This document shows positions 13,049 to 26,599 of a stretch of DNA of 64,000 nt, in pieces. Origin of the DNA: Takakia lepidozioides. Lineage: Eukaryota; Plantae; Bryophyta. Below the pieces are notes generated by a model. It was not told the DNA's origin, ran no database searches, and saw only the letters and a program-made list of their open reading frames with translations. Where the stretch lies: the NCBI GenBank assembly GCA_030704615.1, contig CM060733.1, positions 66,402,001-66,466,000 of the forward strand, read 5' to 3'. The position numbers and the translations under genes were made by a program. The number at the start of each line of letters is the position of its first letter. Position 1 is the stretch's first letter.

Positions 13049-16000
13049 TTGAGAGGGCTGAATGTTTCTTGAATGTCCCTAAGGGTGAAAGACAAGGCCG
13101 TACGGAGCTGAACCACAAGAAGACCCGGCGGGAAGGTGACTCCTTCCGACCGGAAAAGAAGTGGGATAGGCCACGTGGCGACAATGGCACGTGGAAATCG
13201 AAGGGAGGGCCTTCACAAGTCAAGGCGGCACCCGGTGCTTCGAAAGGAAAAGCGGGTGGAGCAGCCTATGGCGGACAGAAGGCGACCTTTGATGGAGTGT
13301 GTTTCAATTGCGGGGAGCACGGGCACATGGCCAAGAAGTGCACGAAGCCCCGGCAATTGAACATGACTCGGGCGACCACAGAGCTGTCGGAAGATACCAT
13401 CAGTCGCTTGGTGGAAGCGGTGGTCGCCAGGACTTGCAAGGTAGGCAAATTTTCTTGTGAGTTGTATCAGGAAACTGGCGTCTTACGTAAAGGGAGTCAG
13501 TTATTGTTCGTGGATGGGATAATATCCGGAACTAACGTGTCGTTGTTGGTGGACACAGGAGCGTCACACTCCTTCATGACACCGGCAACGGCACAAAAGC
13601 TGGGACTCCCGACAAGTGACGTGGGGGCCTCTATTGAGGTGCGTTCTGCCAAAGGAGAACCGCAATTGGCGACAAGGTTGGCGTTTGATGTTCCTCTTCA
13701 ACTAGGGAGTTGGGAGGGACGTGAGAACTTCACCATCTGCGAGATCAATGGAGTGGATCTCATTTTGGGGATGACCTTTTTGAGCAAATCCGGAGCGGTC
13801 ATAGATGGCCGCAAGAGAGTAGTCACGCTGCCATGTGGGAATGGTGGCAAGGTCTTACGAGTGTCGGAAACGCCCAAACCCGTGGGAGGGAGAATAAACC
13901 TTCTGTCAGCAAGGGAGTGGGCCGTGGAGGAGGCACACGAGCCCCAATTTTTGCTCTACATTAGAGAAGTGAAGGGAGAAGGCGATGGGGAGCCGAGCCC
14001 AGATTGGATCAAGGGGATTTTGGAGAAATACCAGGATAAGATGTCGGAGGATTTACCAGGCGGCTTGCCACCGTGAAGAGGAGTTGACCACAAGATTGAG
14101 GTGATACCGGGATCGGAACCGCCTGCCAAGGCGCCCTACTGGTTGAGCCATAGAGAGTTGGTCGAGCTGAAGACTCAGCTCAAAGATCTAATGTCAAAGG
14201 GGTACATCCGGCCGAGTAAGTCACCTTACGGAGCCCCGGTGCTATTCGCAGACAAGAAGGATGGGACGCTGCGGATGTGTGTCGATTACAGGGCTTTGAA
14301 TAAGGTGACTATAAAAAACCGGTACCCTTTGCCAAGGATCGACGACCTTTTCGATCGGTTGGCAGGAGCGAAGTATTTCAGCCGGATCGATCTGCGCTCC
14401 GGCTATCATCAAATTCAAGTCGCGGAAGGAGATGAGGAGAAGACCGCGTGCAGGACAAGGTATGGTTCATATGAGTTCTTGGTGATGCCTTTTGGACTCA
14501 CCAACGCTCCCGCGACCTTTAGCACGCTGATGAACAGCCTTTTCCAGGAGTGGTTGGATGACTTTGTGATCGTGTACATCGACGACATCTTGGTGTATTC
14601 GAAAACAAAGGAGGAGCACCTGGAGCACCTCAAAAGGGTGTTCCAGAAATTGCGGGAAGGGAAGCTGCATGCCAAAGCTTCAAAGTGCGAATTCGGGGTC
14701 ACAAAAGTGGAGTTCCTGGGGCATGTGATTAAACAGGATGGGATCAGAATAGATGACAGAAAGGTGAGGGCAACCTTGGACTGGGAACCTCTGACTTCGG
14801 TCCCGGGAGTGCGATCCTTCCTAGGACTCGCCTCCTATTACCGGAAGTATGTGAGAAATTTTGCCAAGATCGCGGGGCCGCTGTCAGACCTTCTGTGTAA
14901 ATCCAAAGTCTGGGCATGGAACACCTTTTGTGGCCAAGCTTTTGCTGAATTGAAGCAGCGGATGGCGGAAGCTCCAGTCTTGAAAATCCCGGAGTTCGAT
15001 CGTCCGTTCGAGATTCATACAGATGCGTCGGACTTCGCGATTGGGGGTGTACTGATGCAAGATGGACGTCCAGTGGCTTACAAAAGTAAGAAATTGAATG
15101 AAGTGGAGCGACGGTGGCCGACGCACGAGATAGAGATGAAGGCAGTGGTGCACTGTCTTGAGCTTTGGCGCCACTATGTTGGCTCCAACCCAGTGAAGGT
15201 GTTCACGGACAATGTCACGGTGAAGTATTTTGCCACACAGCCCAAGTTGTCCCCAAAACAACTTAGGTGGCAAGATACTTTGGCGGTGTTCGACGTGGAT
15301 ATCCAATACAAACCGGGACGGGACAACGTGGTGGCCGATGCTTTAAGTAGAAAGCAGCAGCTCATGTTGGTGTACAGGGGCGAGACGGCGCTCCAAAGGA
15401 AGATCCGGAAGGCTTGCCGGAAGGATGAGCTGGCGAAGTCCGTGATGCAGGACTTGAGGATGGGGGTTAAATCGCAGTTCCACTTGCAAAATGGACTGCT
15501 CCGGTATAAGCAAAAGCGTCTCTATGTGCCGAAGGGAGGGATCAGAGATAGCCTCTTGAGAGAATGCCATGATAGCCCGCTTGCGGGCCACGGCGGAGCC
15601 AAGCGCACTGCGACACTCTTGAAGAAAGATTATTTCTGGCCCAAACTGGGGGAGGAGGCAGAGGAGTATGTCAAGACATGCACCACATGCCAACAAAACC
15701 AGAGCGAGTACAAAAAGCAAGCGGGGCTGTTACAACCCTTGCCGATTCCAGAGGGGACTTGGGAAAGCGTCTCGATGGATTTCATGACTTCTATGCCGCT
15801 ATCAAAAGGATTCGATGCAATCATGGTGGTGGTGGATAGGTTCAATAAAATGGGCCATTTCATCCCCACCAAGGAGACGGCAACGACACAGGAAACAGGG
15901 CGACTTTACTTCGCCCACGTCTTAAAGCATCATGGAGTCCCGAAGGATATTGTCTCGGACCGCGATCCAAAGTTTACGAGTAAATTTTGAAGGGCACTTT

Positions 16001-16827
16001 GGAAGAAGATGGGGACGAGGCTGAAGATGAGCACCGCCTTCCGACCTACGACCGACGGCCAAACGGAAAGAGTGAATTCCGTAGTGAAACAGATCTTGCG
16101 GAATTACGTGTCGGCAGACCAAACAGACTGGGTGGAACACTTAGACGCGACAGAGTTATGTTATAATAACACAGAACACTCTGCAACGGGAGTTTCCCCT
16201 TTCGTATTGGTCTATGGAAAAGCACCTCTGGTGTCGACAAGTTGGGCCGCCCAGGACGTTGAGGAACCGACAATAGCGGCGGTACTAGAAGAATGCAAGC
16301 GTTTGTTGAAGCTCGCAAAGTACAACATTGCCAAAGCTAGGAAACGGTATGAAAGGCAGGCGAATCGGAAGCGGAGGGAAGTGAAGTTTGAGGCAGGCAC
16401 GGAGGTTTGGTTGAACATCAAGAATTTCCGACTACCTCCGGAAGTGAGTCCAAAGTTTGTACCTCCGTATGCGGGACCCTTTTGCATCCGGAAGGTTATG
16501 AATGAGGATGTGTATGAATTGGAGCTGCCGGCAAACAGCAAGGTGCATCCAATATTCCACGTCTCCCTTTTGAAGCCTTACTTCAAAGATGAAGCGCGTC
16601 CGAATCGGCATCAAGTGTTGCGTCCGCCACCTGTGCTGTTGGATCATGAAAATGAACCTGAGTACGAGGTGGAGGCAGTACTTAAGTCGAGAGAAACGGA
16701 GTATCTCGTCAAATGGAAGGGCTATCATCATGTGGAGGCATCTTGGGTGCGTGCCTCAGAAATGGGAAACGCATCCGAGGCGGTTGCAGTTTTCGAAGGG
16801 CAACCTCAAAAGTGGAAGAAGCGTTGA
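13049..16827 (+). pseudogene. pol: gag-pol polyprotein of G1 (in-frame stops at 14074 and 15988)
   Basis: ORFs 13027-14076, 14101-15990 and 16009-16827 are in the same frame, each separated by a single TGA. Confidence 0.95.
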
Positions 16828-18425
16828 TGGGGACATCAACCTTGGAGCGTGGGGGAGGAAATGCATGCTTAGCCCGGCTTAGCTAGCTTAGGAATCCGAT
16901 TGCAAAAACTTGTATTGTACAAAAATTTGTTATAAAGGAAATGGGTTCCAAATGTTGTGCGTCCTATTTTGTTTGGAATGGTGATGCATGGTGTGGTTGG
17001 CTAGTGTGTAGAATGCATGCTAGCTTACAAAAGTGGGAGAGGTAAATTAGGTTAATCGTGTGTTTGCGCAGTGCCGAAATCGGGTGACTCCCATCCAAGG
17101 GGCAAGGAAACTTGCGCCTTCTTTAGGAGTTCACGTGCTAGTGCGCACCTGGCACGTGCGCATACTATAACTGCGCTACCGAGGGGGTTGCTTTGTAGTG
17201 CGGGCTAACGCGGAAGCTACGTGCTTCCGTTCATGTACTATAATCGTGTAGCCTCGGGACGAAGTCGTAGTGCGGCTTCGGCGTGTTCCCGTACCTCAGG
17301 CCAACATTCCAAGGCGGACCCAATTGTAGTGATTGGGGCGCGCGGTTGGTTCAAGGTTATCTTCCTAGTCAAAGAGGGTTCGAGGTGAACCCTTGCTCAA
17401 GGTGATGCCAAAAGCGGCATCATGAGCGGTCGCAAGCAATGTTGTTGCAGATCGTTCCTTGGCCTTGAAGTAGGCCAAGAAGAGTGCACTTGGAGGAGCT
17501 TGAGAGGCTCCACCCTTGGCCGGGACTTGGAGGAAGTCGGCCGAACTAGCTAGTGGAGAGTAGAGTCAGGTGTGGGGTTTGGTTCTTTGCCATGGGACGC
17601 CATGGTACGGAAACAAACTCCTTGATGTGGGACGCCACAACTTGGATGTTCGTTTCCACAAAATGGACAAGCCGATGAGGACATCGACTCCCTGTTGGTG
17701 GGGGTGTGTGTCGCGGCCCTTTGCCTTGAGGGCAGGGGGTCGGGACACAAGAGGGGCTGCTCCTGTGGTGGGGGCAGTGGCAGCGATAGGTATGGGGGGC
17801 TGAAGCACCCTTGAGTGCCCAAGGCACTCAAGGAGGCGGAGGCGCTCACTAGGTGGAGCCCCGCACACCGGGTGCGGTGGGGTGGCTCCACAAGGGGTGG
17901 TGGTAGCTTAGCGGGGGTGGCATAGGACTCACCCTGGGGCGGAGACCTCGTGGTGGGAGTCGTGGGGAGTCTTGGGACTCATCACGGTCCATAGGGGCCG
18001 TGGTGGGTGGGCCAAGACTCACCGCGACTCATCACCGGGAATCGAGGGTGTTCGTGGTGGTTCGCCATAAAATGGCATGGTTGTTTGTGAAACCCCCGCG
18101 GACAGCTACAGAAGTATATATAGGGAGTAGTAACCCCAAGAACGGTGCAAGCCCGTTGGTGACCAAAAACTAGTGAGTAAGCGAGCGAGCCGGAAAGCGA
18201 CCAAAGAGTGGGGAGCTGTTCCGGACTGCCAACTACCAAAGGGAATTCCGCTGGTTCCAAATTGTTGGAGGGTTCTTTGGGAGATCAAAGGGGGACCGTT
18301 ATGCCCCGGTGAGCAGCCAGAGCTCCAAGTTGGCCCGGCGGCCAGGTTGGGAGTTAGGCGCGCGCATCAAGCGAGTAACCTTTGACTTGAGGGGGGGGGA
18401 GTTTACCGAAGTGAGGTGCGCGACA
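13049..18425 (+). mobile_element. Ty3/gypsy chromovirus copy G1, 5'-truncated (gag Zn knuckle-PR-RT-RH-IN-chromodomain-3' LTR 17709-18425)
   Basis: [80 protein letters not shown]. Confidence 0.95.
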
Positions 18426-18559
18426 CATTTTCTCATCCTTGAGGACCTCCTCAACCCAAGAAGAATCCCCAACCTCATCCATCACAGCCGCCTTGGTTGC
18501 CCACTCCCTCTGAACCTCGGGCACCTCTCACGTGTGCCATGGATGTGTGCACCCTGTGG

Positions 18560-19253
18560 TCCTCACCTACTCGCCCCCACTCATTGCCTGTACCGTCTTA
18601 GTAGGAAAAAGAGACGTCAAAGGAAGTGTACTCCGCACTCTGCGTTGCTCAGCCATAGCCAAGCTTATAATCCAGGTCAAGCAATTGGATCCATTACTTG
18701 CCCCAACACCTGACGGCATGAGCTCAGAAAGAGACGGCACCGCCGTGGTCCCAGTGGAAAAATCCATAGCCCGCTCGCGCTCATCGGCATTAGGCGCCAC
18801 TACATGTTGCAACTGAGCATCCCACAGGAGGAAAGGTCCATATCCCGGAAAGCATGCAATCCTGGGAAGCTAACCAGTGTAGGTAGTGTTGCTCGTGGCT
18901 GATCACTTGGTGACCACTGCCAAAGGGGAACGGTCATCGTGTCTCAAACACTGAGATTGTCTCCTTGTGTCCAAGATACTATCCACTGTGAGGTGTGCTG
19001 GGGCGCTGCAACCCCATAAATGCACGCTGAGCAGTGCAGGTGGCATCAAGTTCGTCCACCATAGCCGTGGGGGATGAGCCCGTGACCCCACTGTAGCGAC
19101 ATCCAGCAACACTGCTGACCCAAGCCACGACCGGACTTGATGCACACTAGGCATCACCCTGGCCCGAGAATCACCCATCAGTGGCACATTCTCGAAGATG
19201 TATGTTGGAGATACAGCTTGATGAAGCCGTAAGTGGCGCAACACCCGCACCAT
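18560..19253 (-). pseudogene. C5-cytosine DNA methyltransferase fragment (retrotransposon-associated type)
   Basis: TYIFENVP (motif VI), GSRAHPPRLWWTNL (motif VIII region), LPTLVSFP, PNADERERAMDFSTGTT (motif IX region); frameshifted. Confidence 0.8.
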
Positions 19254-19997
19254 CTCCCAAAACAGACTGGGCAGTTGAAGATCAATCCCACCCCAGCAGT
19301 AGATGTGGTAATGGGCTGCCCAAGCTTTTATATTGGCAGCTACTTGTACAAGATGTTAGTCACAATGTGGGCAAGCTGGCAGCGATATGAAAGCATTGAC
19401 AAGGATACGCACTGGGAATTACCCAAATTCCAGCCACCAAAGAGAGTCTCGGGCACCTCAATATATGTAAACAGACCACTATATGCTGAAGCATGGCGCC
19501 AGGCGAAGGAGCACTTCTCACCGTTGGTACTGGATAGAGACCACCCCTTCACGGAGACAGGGATGAAAACACTTAACTAGTTAATGGGCAGCAGGGCAAC
19601 CAAAGACATTGTGCCTTGGACCAAGGAGGAGTTGCTCACTTACCGCAAGATTCTCTCCATCGAGATAGACATGGTACGCAACGAAGGGAAATCAGTACAT
19701 TTGGATGACGAGAGCTGGCCCATACATGAGCCAAGGGAGGCACCAGACAGTGATGGCAATAGGAACAAGAAGCTGCCACCAAGACCATCACCAACATGGG
19801 AGGCACTTCTCAACCAGCAGACGGGCCAGCAGACAGGCTACCACCACCCTACATTCCCCCAAAGAGACACAACAAACACCGAAACTAACGAAATTGTGCG
19901 GACACAATCTCAAAAGAGGCGGGGGGGGGGGGGGGGGATAAATGATAACGGCTAAGTGTCAGTGCCACGAGGGCAGGGCAGCTGAAGCCACAATTGT

Positions 19998-20110
19998 CAC
20001 TACAAGGAATCGTTGATTTAACGACTAGAGAAACGACTGCAAAATGAGTTGTTGCAGATAAAAAACAACTGGGCAACTCGGAGTGCCAACAGACTCTTCG
20101 GACAGCCCAG
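19998..20110. mobile_element. Second CACTA-type terminus fragment
   Basis: CACTACAAGGAA followed by AACGACT/AGTTGTT/AACAACT subterminal repeats. Confidence 0.5.
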
Positions 20111-20326
20111 TCATTTCATTCATGACATGGTCGGAGTGTCAGTTGTTCCGCCGACTGCGGCTCGATTTTTGTAGGGGGGCCACGTGGCAGCGTCGTGCGC
20201 GGCGTTGATTGAATCTTGGACCTTGACCAAGTGGACTTTTGATCCGGGGGGGTGCAAGTGAGGAAATAGGAGTGAGGAACAGGAGTGTGGAGAAAAGCCG
20301 AAGTAGAGAGATCGGGGAAGTGCATG

Positions 20327-22519
20327 TGTAGTGTGAAAAGAAGGGGCATAAATCCCCTTCTGTGTGATTCCGACTGTACTTCATTCCTAGTAAAAAAAAA
20401 GAAAAAAAGAAAAAAAAGGACAACCTAGTGATCTACCAGCGGCACACGGTTGTGGGTTTCCCTCATTTTGTTCATGATCAGAGTTCATAAATCCTCATCC
20501 ACGCCGCAGCGGAAGAGAAAACATGGATGGGGAATTGAGTCCTCCTTGTTCATGATTTACACAGTCTTGCTACATTTTGTAGCACCAACGGTGCTGCCGT
20601 GATATTTTTAGTGATGCAACCAGCCCTATGACGGAGCTAAATGCGACCCATGTGGGCATCTCCCTTGAGCAGCACACATTCAAAAACCCCTGTTTGTGAT
20701 GAGATCACTGATGAGAGAAAGGCAGCTCAGATCTGCCATGAACTACAGGCCTAGTGGTTCTCTACAGATGTCATGGTTTTTCCTCTTATCTCCCAGTTGA
20801 CCATCCCTCATTACCCCTTTTACTGGGCAGCTCTCTCCCTTCCCAAACCTTTTCTCTCTCCTTCCTGGTGTAAAGGTTCCTCATTTTCTTCCAACAACCG
20901 CCTATCTACAATGCAATGCAAGACACATTCAGCCACGCATCCAGTGCATCCAACCTTGGAATCAACCTTGGTCACACAAGACATGATCAGCTCTTTCATT
21001 AGTCTTTCTCTCCCCCAATTACAGACCCTTCACACTGCTTGCCCCCAAGGGAAACCCAGTTTTGCCCGACAGTTCCCAACCCTTTTACAGGTCTACAGCT
21101 AAACACCCCAACAGCTCTCTTTTGCCCTTTCAGATGTGAACCTTATCTGTTCAAATGCTGAACCACTCTGAAGCAGTTCTAGACTCCACATCAGTGTCAG
21201 TTTGTAGCCCCATCCACATCATCCTCTCTCTGATTTCGAGGAGGTTACAGCTAACCCTCACTAATGCCCTCATCAACTATGCTAGATTTGCACTATATCT
21301 AATCATCAAATCCCAAGGCAGCATTGTGTGCAGACTCATGACACTGAAGCCAAATGAGCAGAAAGGACAAAACAAACAGCACTCATTTTGTCACTGTGGT
21401 GAACTACATCTGTCCTCACTCAACTCTCCTACAGATAATGTGCATCAGATCCATCCATCTCCACCCCATCCTGGTTTGAAGTCCAGAGTCCCCATTCCAT
21501 TTCTCAAAGTCTTTTTCCCATCCTCATCATGCTCTCAGTTTTGAGAGTCTCTACCAAAATTTCACAACAACGATTCCTAAGTGCCAAAAAGAAGAAGTGA
21601 ATCTACGAACTTATCTGTCTTATACTCTAGTGAAGCGGTGGGTTTGCCTGCCCAAAATGGCACCTCACCATCTCCGTCAGCAGCTACCTTAACTCCTCTT
21701 GTCATCTTGATTCCAGCGTTCATTAAGTCATGACGGCTCTGCTTCAGCCTATGGCAACATCCCTGTAGCTTGCCAACTAACTACCCTATCTTACTATATG
21801 AGCAATTTTACCCTAAGATCTGATATGATCCTATAACAAGAAGACAGTGATCATCTGAAAGTTTTAATTATAGATAACCTAAGTTACCATCCACACAAGC
21901 CAGCCTCTCATTTGCTTTGTCAGCTGCTCTATCTCTCCATTGATTGTGCCACAACTCCACTTGCCGGTTCTCTGGCAGCTGGCTGCTTCCCTTGCATGCT
22001 CATCCTCCCATGACCATGTTCATCAAGGCTATGGCGGCACAGGTGTTGCACCGCTCTCCCTGTAAGCTTATCCTCCAGAAACTGATCATTACCAAGAAGA
22101 AGGCGGCACCGCTTCCCCTGCTGCACAGATTACCAAGTTGTGCCCTTTAACGCTTCTCTTAATGCAAGCCAGAATGCGCCAGTGCAGATGCAATTTCCCT
22201 TGACACAATGCCCTGCCAATTCCACTGTTTGCAGCATCTGCTCAGAGCGCCCGTCATCTTCCCCTTCGTCTTCCTCGACCCGCGTTTCTAGGGTAATCAC
22301 CAGCAATGAAAGACATTCATCCTATGGATGAAAACATGCCTGGTCACGACTTAGCCACTTTCATCCTGGCAAAGTATCAGCATAGTGTGCCCATGAAACA
22401 ACCTGTAGGCAGGGATGTATTCCGCCCATCATTGGTACTAGGGCACTCCCTTTGTAGCAATGCAGAATCTTAGTGGGTAAAACAAAAATTTAATGTTACT
22501 CCCCTGCATTCACACTACA
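20327..22519. mobile_element. Second, diverged, inverted copy of the 2.2-kb solo-LTR-like insert
   Basis: TGTAGTGTGAA..TTCACACTACA ends. Colinear with the reverse complement of 4642-6871. Flanks CATG/TATG (4-bp TSD with one C>T). A third end fragment lies at 12254-12288. Confidence 0.8.
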
Positions 22520-22555
22520 TATGCAGTGTGTCTCCCTTTTTAAGTGTCAGGGTCC

Positions 22556-23250
22556 TCACTGACCACCTACTGGTGGTATGAAGGGTTTCAAATCCCACCT
22601 ACTTCTTACCCATTCCTCGTTTCCCCCATCTCTTAGCCTGCATCTGCGTGCAGCTTCCCCTGTCTTTGTGGTGCTTCCTGCATCCTTGTACCCCAAAAAG
22701 TCATAGAGTCCCTCCCATGGGGATGTCATGGAAGACTTCTTTCCAGGCCTCAGCATCATTACCTTGCTGTTTTCCATTAACTTGCAGTAGCTATGCCCTG
22801 CTCGATGCCTCCTTTCATAATCCCTTGCCTGCTGACGCTGCCCTTTCTTCACACTTTTCCGCAGCTTAGCCTTCATCTTTGTGAGGAGCTGGATTTTCTG
22901 CTGCATCATAAGTGTAACTTCTGCAACAGATCCATCAAAATTTACTGCTACTGTAAGATAGTGCAACCTGTTGCCGATCCCTTGTGCTGCCAAACTTGCA
23001 CGCATATTGCAGCACAGTTGGTTGGGATTCACCTCTTCATTTCCAGGATCTGCAAACAGCTCACTTCTTCTCTGAATTACTTCTGCTGGCAACACTGGCC
23101 TCACTTCGCTGGTTTGAACAATACTGATGTGTGGCAGGTTATTGTGACACCTGGTGCTGCAAAACCTTGTGTCCACATTTTGCTGATGGCTGCCCACCGG
23201 TGGGCTCTTGTTGCAAACACAGGTGACGCTTAAACTCCCATGGAATCCTT
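22556..23250 (-). pseudogene. Ty3/gypsy integrase C-terminal fragment (third family) followed by a polypurine tract
   Basis: KGQRQQARDYERRH..KVMMLRPGKKSSMTSPWEGLYDF (GPY/F-like); minus-strand AAAAAGGGAGA just after the stop. Confidence 0.65.
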
Positions 23251-23804
23251 CCACAATATTGAAGGGTACCACCCTGGCATACATGTCAATGACGGTGTTG
23301 CTCATATTGTCATTTGGAAAAATTCCAGCTTTCCGCACCCCCTACCAGAGCTCAACTCGTCACTGCAAGTATGTTCGGGTATCATATTAATATGCACATA
23401 TGTATAGACATTATGGATGCAGGGTTTCATTATGAGCGCCTCTTTATGATCTTCATTTTGCGAGACACTATGGATGCAATTCTGATTCAGTGTATAATTG
23501 TATGGGGGTTGGTATCCTATGAGATGAGCAAGTTTCCTTGTGGTTTTCTTGATTTTTCAAATGGCCATTTGAGTAGTTCAAATGGCCATTTCAATATTGA
23601 ATTTGAATTTGAATACTAGTAACATTTTTATTTTATTTTTTTAATACCATATCTGAGTTCATATTTCTAGTTTATTGACATTCAGATACCATTGCTCATA
23701 TCCAGATTGATTTTCTTAACAAACCACTCTATGCATACCAGATTCATACTTGAAAAAATCAGGGGATGCATTATTGGAAAACTTACCTGGTTAAATCATC
23801 ATAG

Positions 23805-24380
23805 GAGGTTTGCTATTTCATGAGCATGAGCGGCATGAGCGGAGTAGTAAGACAATCGGTTTTCATGAGCAGAAATACAAATTTCGAAAATAAAAAACAA
23901 TAAAAAACAATAATTTAATGCAATGTGTCAGGAAAAACAAATTATTTTTCGGCCCCTTGAAGGGAAAATTGCAGTTTTGACAGTTGTGCTCATGATATTT
24001 CGTCTTCCGCTCATACCAATTCCCAGTGACATGTGCAAATATGGCGCCGAATTTCGCGGTAATAGGGTCCATAACCTGAAAAAATGGCGACGTATTTCGC
24101 GGTAATAGGTCTCTTTGGCGAAAAATGGTGCCGAATTCCGCGGCTATAGGTCCCCTCATGACAGGTAATTCGGCGCCATTTTTCCAGTGCATGTTCGGAC
24201 TTAGCCAGTTTTCGGCGCAAAATAGGGAAATTCGGCGCCATTTTTCCAGACACTGTACCAGTGCATGTTGGGACTTAGCCAGTTTTCGGCCCAAAAAAGA
24301 GAAATTCGGCGCCATTTTTCCAGACACGGTACCAGTGCATGTTGGGACTTAGCCAGTTTTCGGCCCAAAAAAGAGAAATT
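23805..24380. mobile_element. Isolated left end of a third subfamily A copy (TIR + subterminal array)
   Basis: GAGGTTTGCTATTTCATGAGCATGAGCGG, colinear with 26357-27100; breaks off inside an array unit at 24380. Confidence 0.9.
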
Positions 24381-26348
24381 GTTTCAGTCTATCCCAACAT
24401 GTGTTTTTTACCCATTGGCTGCAGGTTGCGGCCCAAGATTCACATGGGTCTACATGTAAAATTTCACAGGTTCTATGGAAAGCCAAAGACAATTGTTCAA
24501 CAACGTCTTTCAGCAAAGTACGTTTGAGAGGGATGTGATTCATACCCAGGCTGAATAGTTCTTTCAGCCTTGCGTGTCTAATAATATTCAGGTCCATGGT
24601 ACGTACGTGTTGCGTAGGTGTAGAACCAGATAGATGGAATTTTGTTTTTGTATCCACATCCCGAAAATCATGAAACCTCTTGGCACTGTCACATAGACAA
24701 TCTGGTGAGTGAATCAGGTCTTGCATAAAGCAAAAATCACGGAAAACAGCAGCAGGCTGATAGTATTCAGAGCTGCTTTGTTTATGATATGTCCATCCAA
24801 AAACTATCTCATCGATGAGAATAGCCAAGTCATTTTGTCCAAATTCCAGAAAAGCTTCTTTTATCAATTATCCACTCCATACCACGGTTGGGTACAACAT
24901 ATGAATGAATCCCAAGGGAGCAGGTTTTGCTGCCTGTTTTATGAATTTCCTGCCATGGGCATGAGTTTCAATTTGTCTGCAACCATCCTCAAGAACATAC
25001 AACGCATCTGCACATACAAAGTAGAGGAACATACCAAAAACGAGATTTTTACATATCTGTCCATGATCCAAAATCTCGTTTGCGTATTGGGGAGAACTCG
25101 TCAGTGATACGACGAGTCTTGTAGCAACGAATCGGTCATCACTTGGGGGTTCGGGTGCTAATTCCAGTACCACCATCAACATCGCTAGTACTTCGCAAGC
25201 AACTTGGCTTGGGGGTCAATTGAGAATTCACAAGCTGCTTCCATTATGAAACCCCGGGTCATCTGGAAGGTAATTTGTGCCAGTACAGCAGATCTGGCAG
25301 CCTGCATGATCCACACCAGAAAGCTGTAATACTTGGTTTGCACCGAAGGATAGGCATCATCAGGGAAGAACACAATCAGATTGTTCAGCATATACCATAC
25401 CATATGGTCAAACCAAGCAACGCTCCCAATGCAAGAAGAGGGTGCCCCTCCTCGTCCACAGTTACATCTTATGTAGGGACGATGTCAGTTGAAGAGTTGA
25501 CTCTTGTGATTTTTGGATCTGGCCGAACCAGTCGGCAAGTCATTTTTTGGTCCTCAAGGTAAGGTTCTCACCTTTGTCACAGAGCTTGTAGTAGAAGGTC
25601 CTTAGTGGCCATGCCACAGCAATAGGTTCCTTTTTTATTCTCTGAAAACCCTCCTTAGCATCCTGTGCACATCTACTGCGTTCAGCAGGAGTTATGTTGC
25701 CCAATTTGACCCACATTTCAATAGAAATGGGTGCCAATAAGTTGATATTAGCATGTGGGTGCCACATCATGTGGTCGTTATTGACAACCTCTAATTCAAC
25801 TACACGGGGAGGCAACCAATGGACAAACTGCAGATTTCCAGGAGTGGCACCTGCTGCCCTTTCTTGTTCCACTTGTGAGATTTCTACTTGTTCACAGAAT
25901 TCTCTCACTGCCTCTTTTTCTTCGTCCGGTAAAATCATGTGCCCAAGGATTGGGTGATTACTTACAGAAGGGATGAAGTCTTTTTCAGATGTGTTTGCAG
26001 ATTTCTGCATGGAGACAGTCAGGTCATCTTCTAGGTTCGTCATTCTAAGAGCTGCCTCAATGGCTGATCCCTTCTTTTCCCATTGTATCAGCTCCTCGGC
26101 ATCATCTTCCAGTACCTCAATCATTTTAGTATTGAATTCCTGGAGCTTCTCCAGGTACCTGCCATTCTTATTTGCCATGATGCCAAGTGCAACCCAATTT
26201 TCCAAAGCCAAGGTTTCAAGTAATAACACGGGGTTTTCATCACCTGAATTTTCCAAGGCCTCAGTATCCATCTTTTGCAATGCAGCATGGAAGTCACTTG
26301 GTGTAACTTGTGCGAGGGTTGCCTGCACAGCAGGAATTGGAGGAGGTA
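24381..26348 (-). pseudogene. Degraded long ORF, probable Penelope-like retroelement pre-RT region; target of element A copy 2
   Basis: Serial ORFs 25540-26328, 25185-25403, 24868-25182, 24349-24867. CLC..HVRTMDLNIIRHARLKELFSLGMNHIP resembles, from memory, the segment preceding RT in Penelope-like elements. No RT core visible. Confidence 0.45.
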
Positions 26349-26599
26349 GTGGGGACGAGGTTAGCTATTTCATGAGCATGAGCGGCATGAGCGGCATGAG
26401 CGGAGTAGTAAGACAATCGGTTTTCATGAGCAGAAGTACAAATTTCGAAAATAAAAAAAAATAAAAAAAAAATAAAAACATTAATTTAATGCAATGTGTC
26501 AGGAAAAACAAATATATAATTCGGCCCCTTGAAGGGAAAATTGCAGTTTTGATAGTTGTGCTCATGATATTTCGTCTTCCGCTCATGCCAATTCCCAGC

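Noticed and set aside
14074-14076. Programmed stop readthrough between PR and RT (TGA shared by G1 and G2)
   Set aside because: G3 has CAA at this codon, consistent with ancestral CGA decaying by CpG deamination on either strand.
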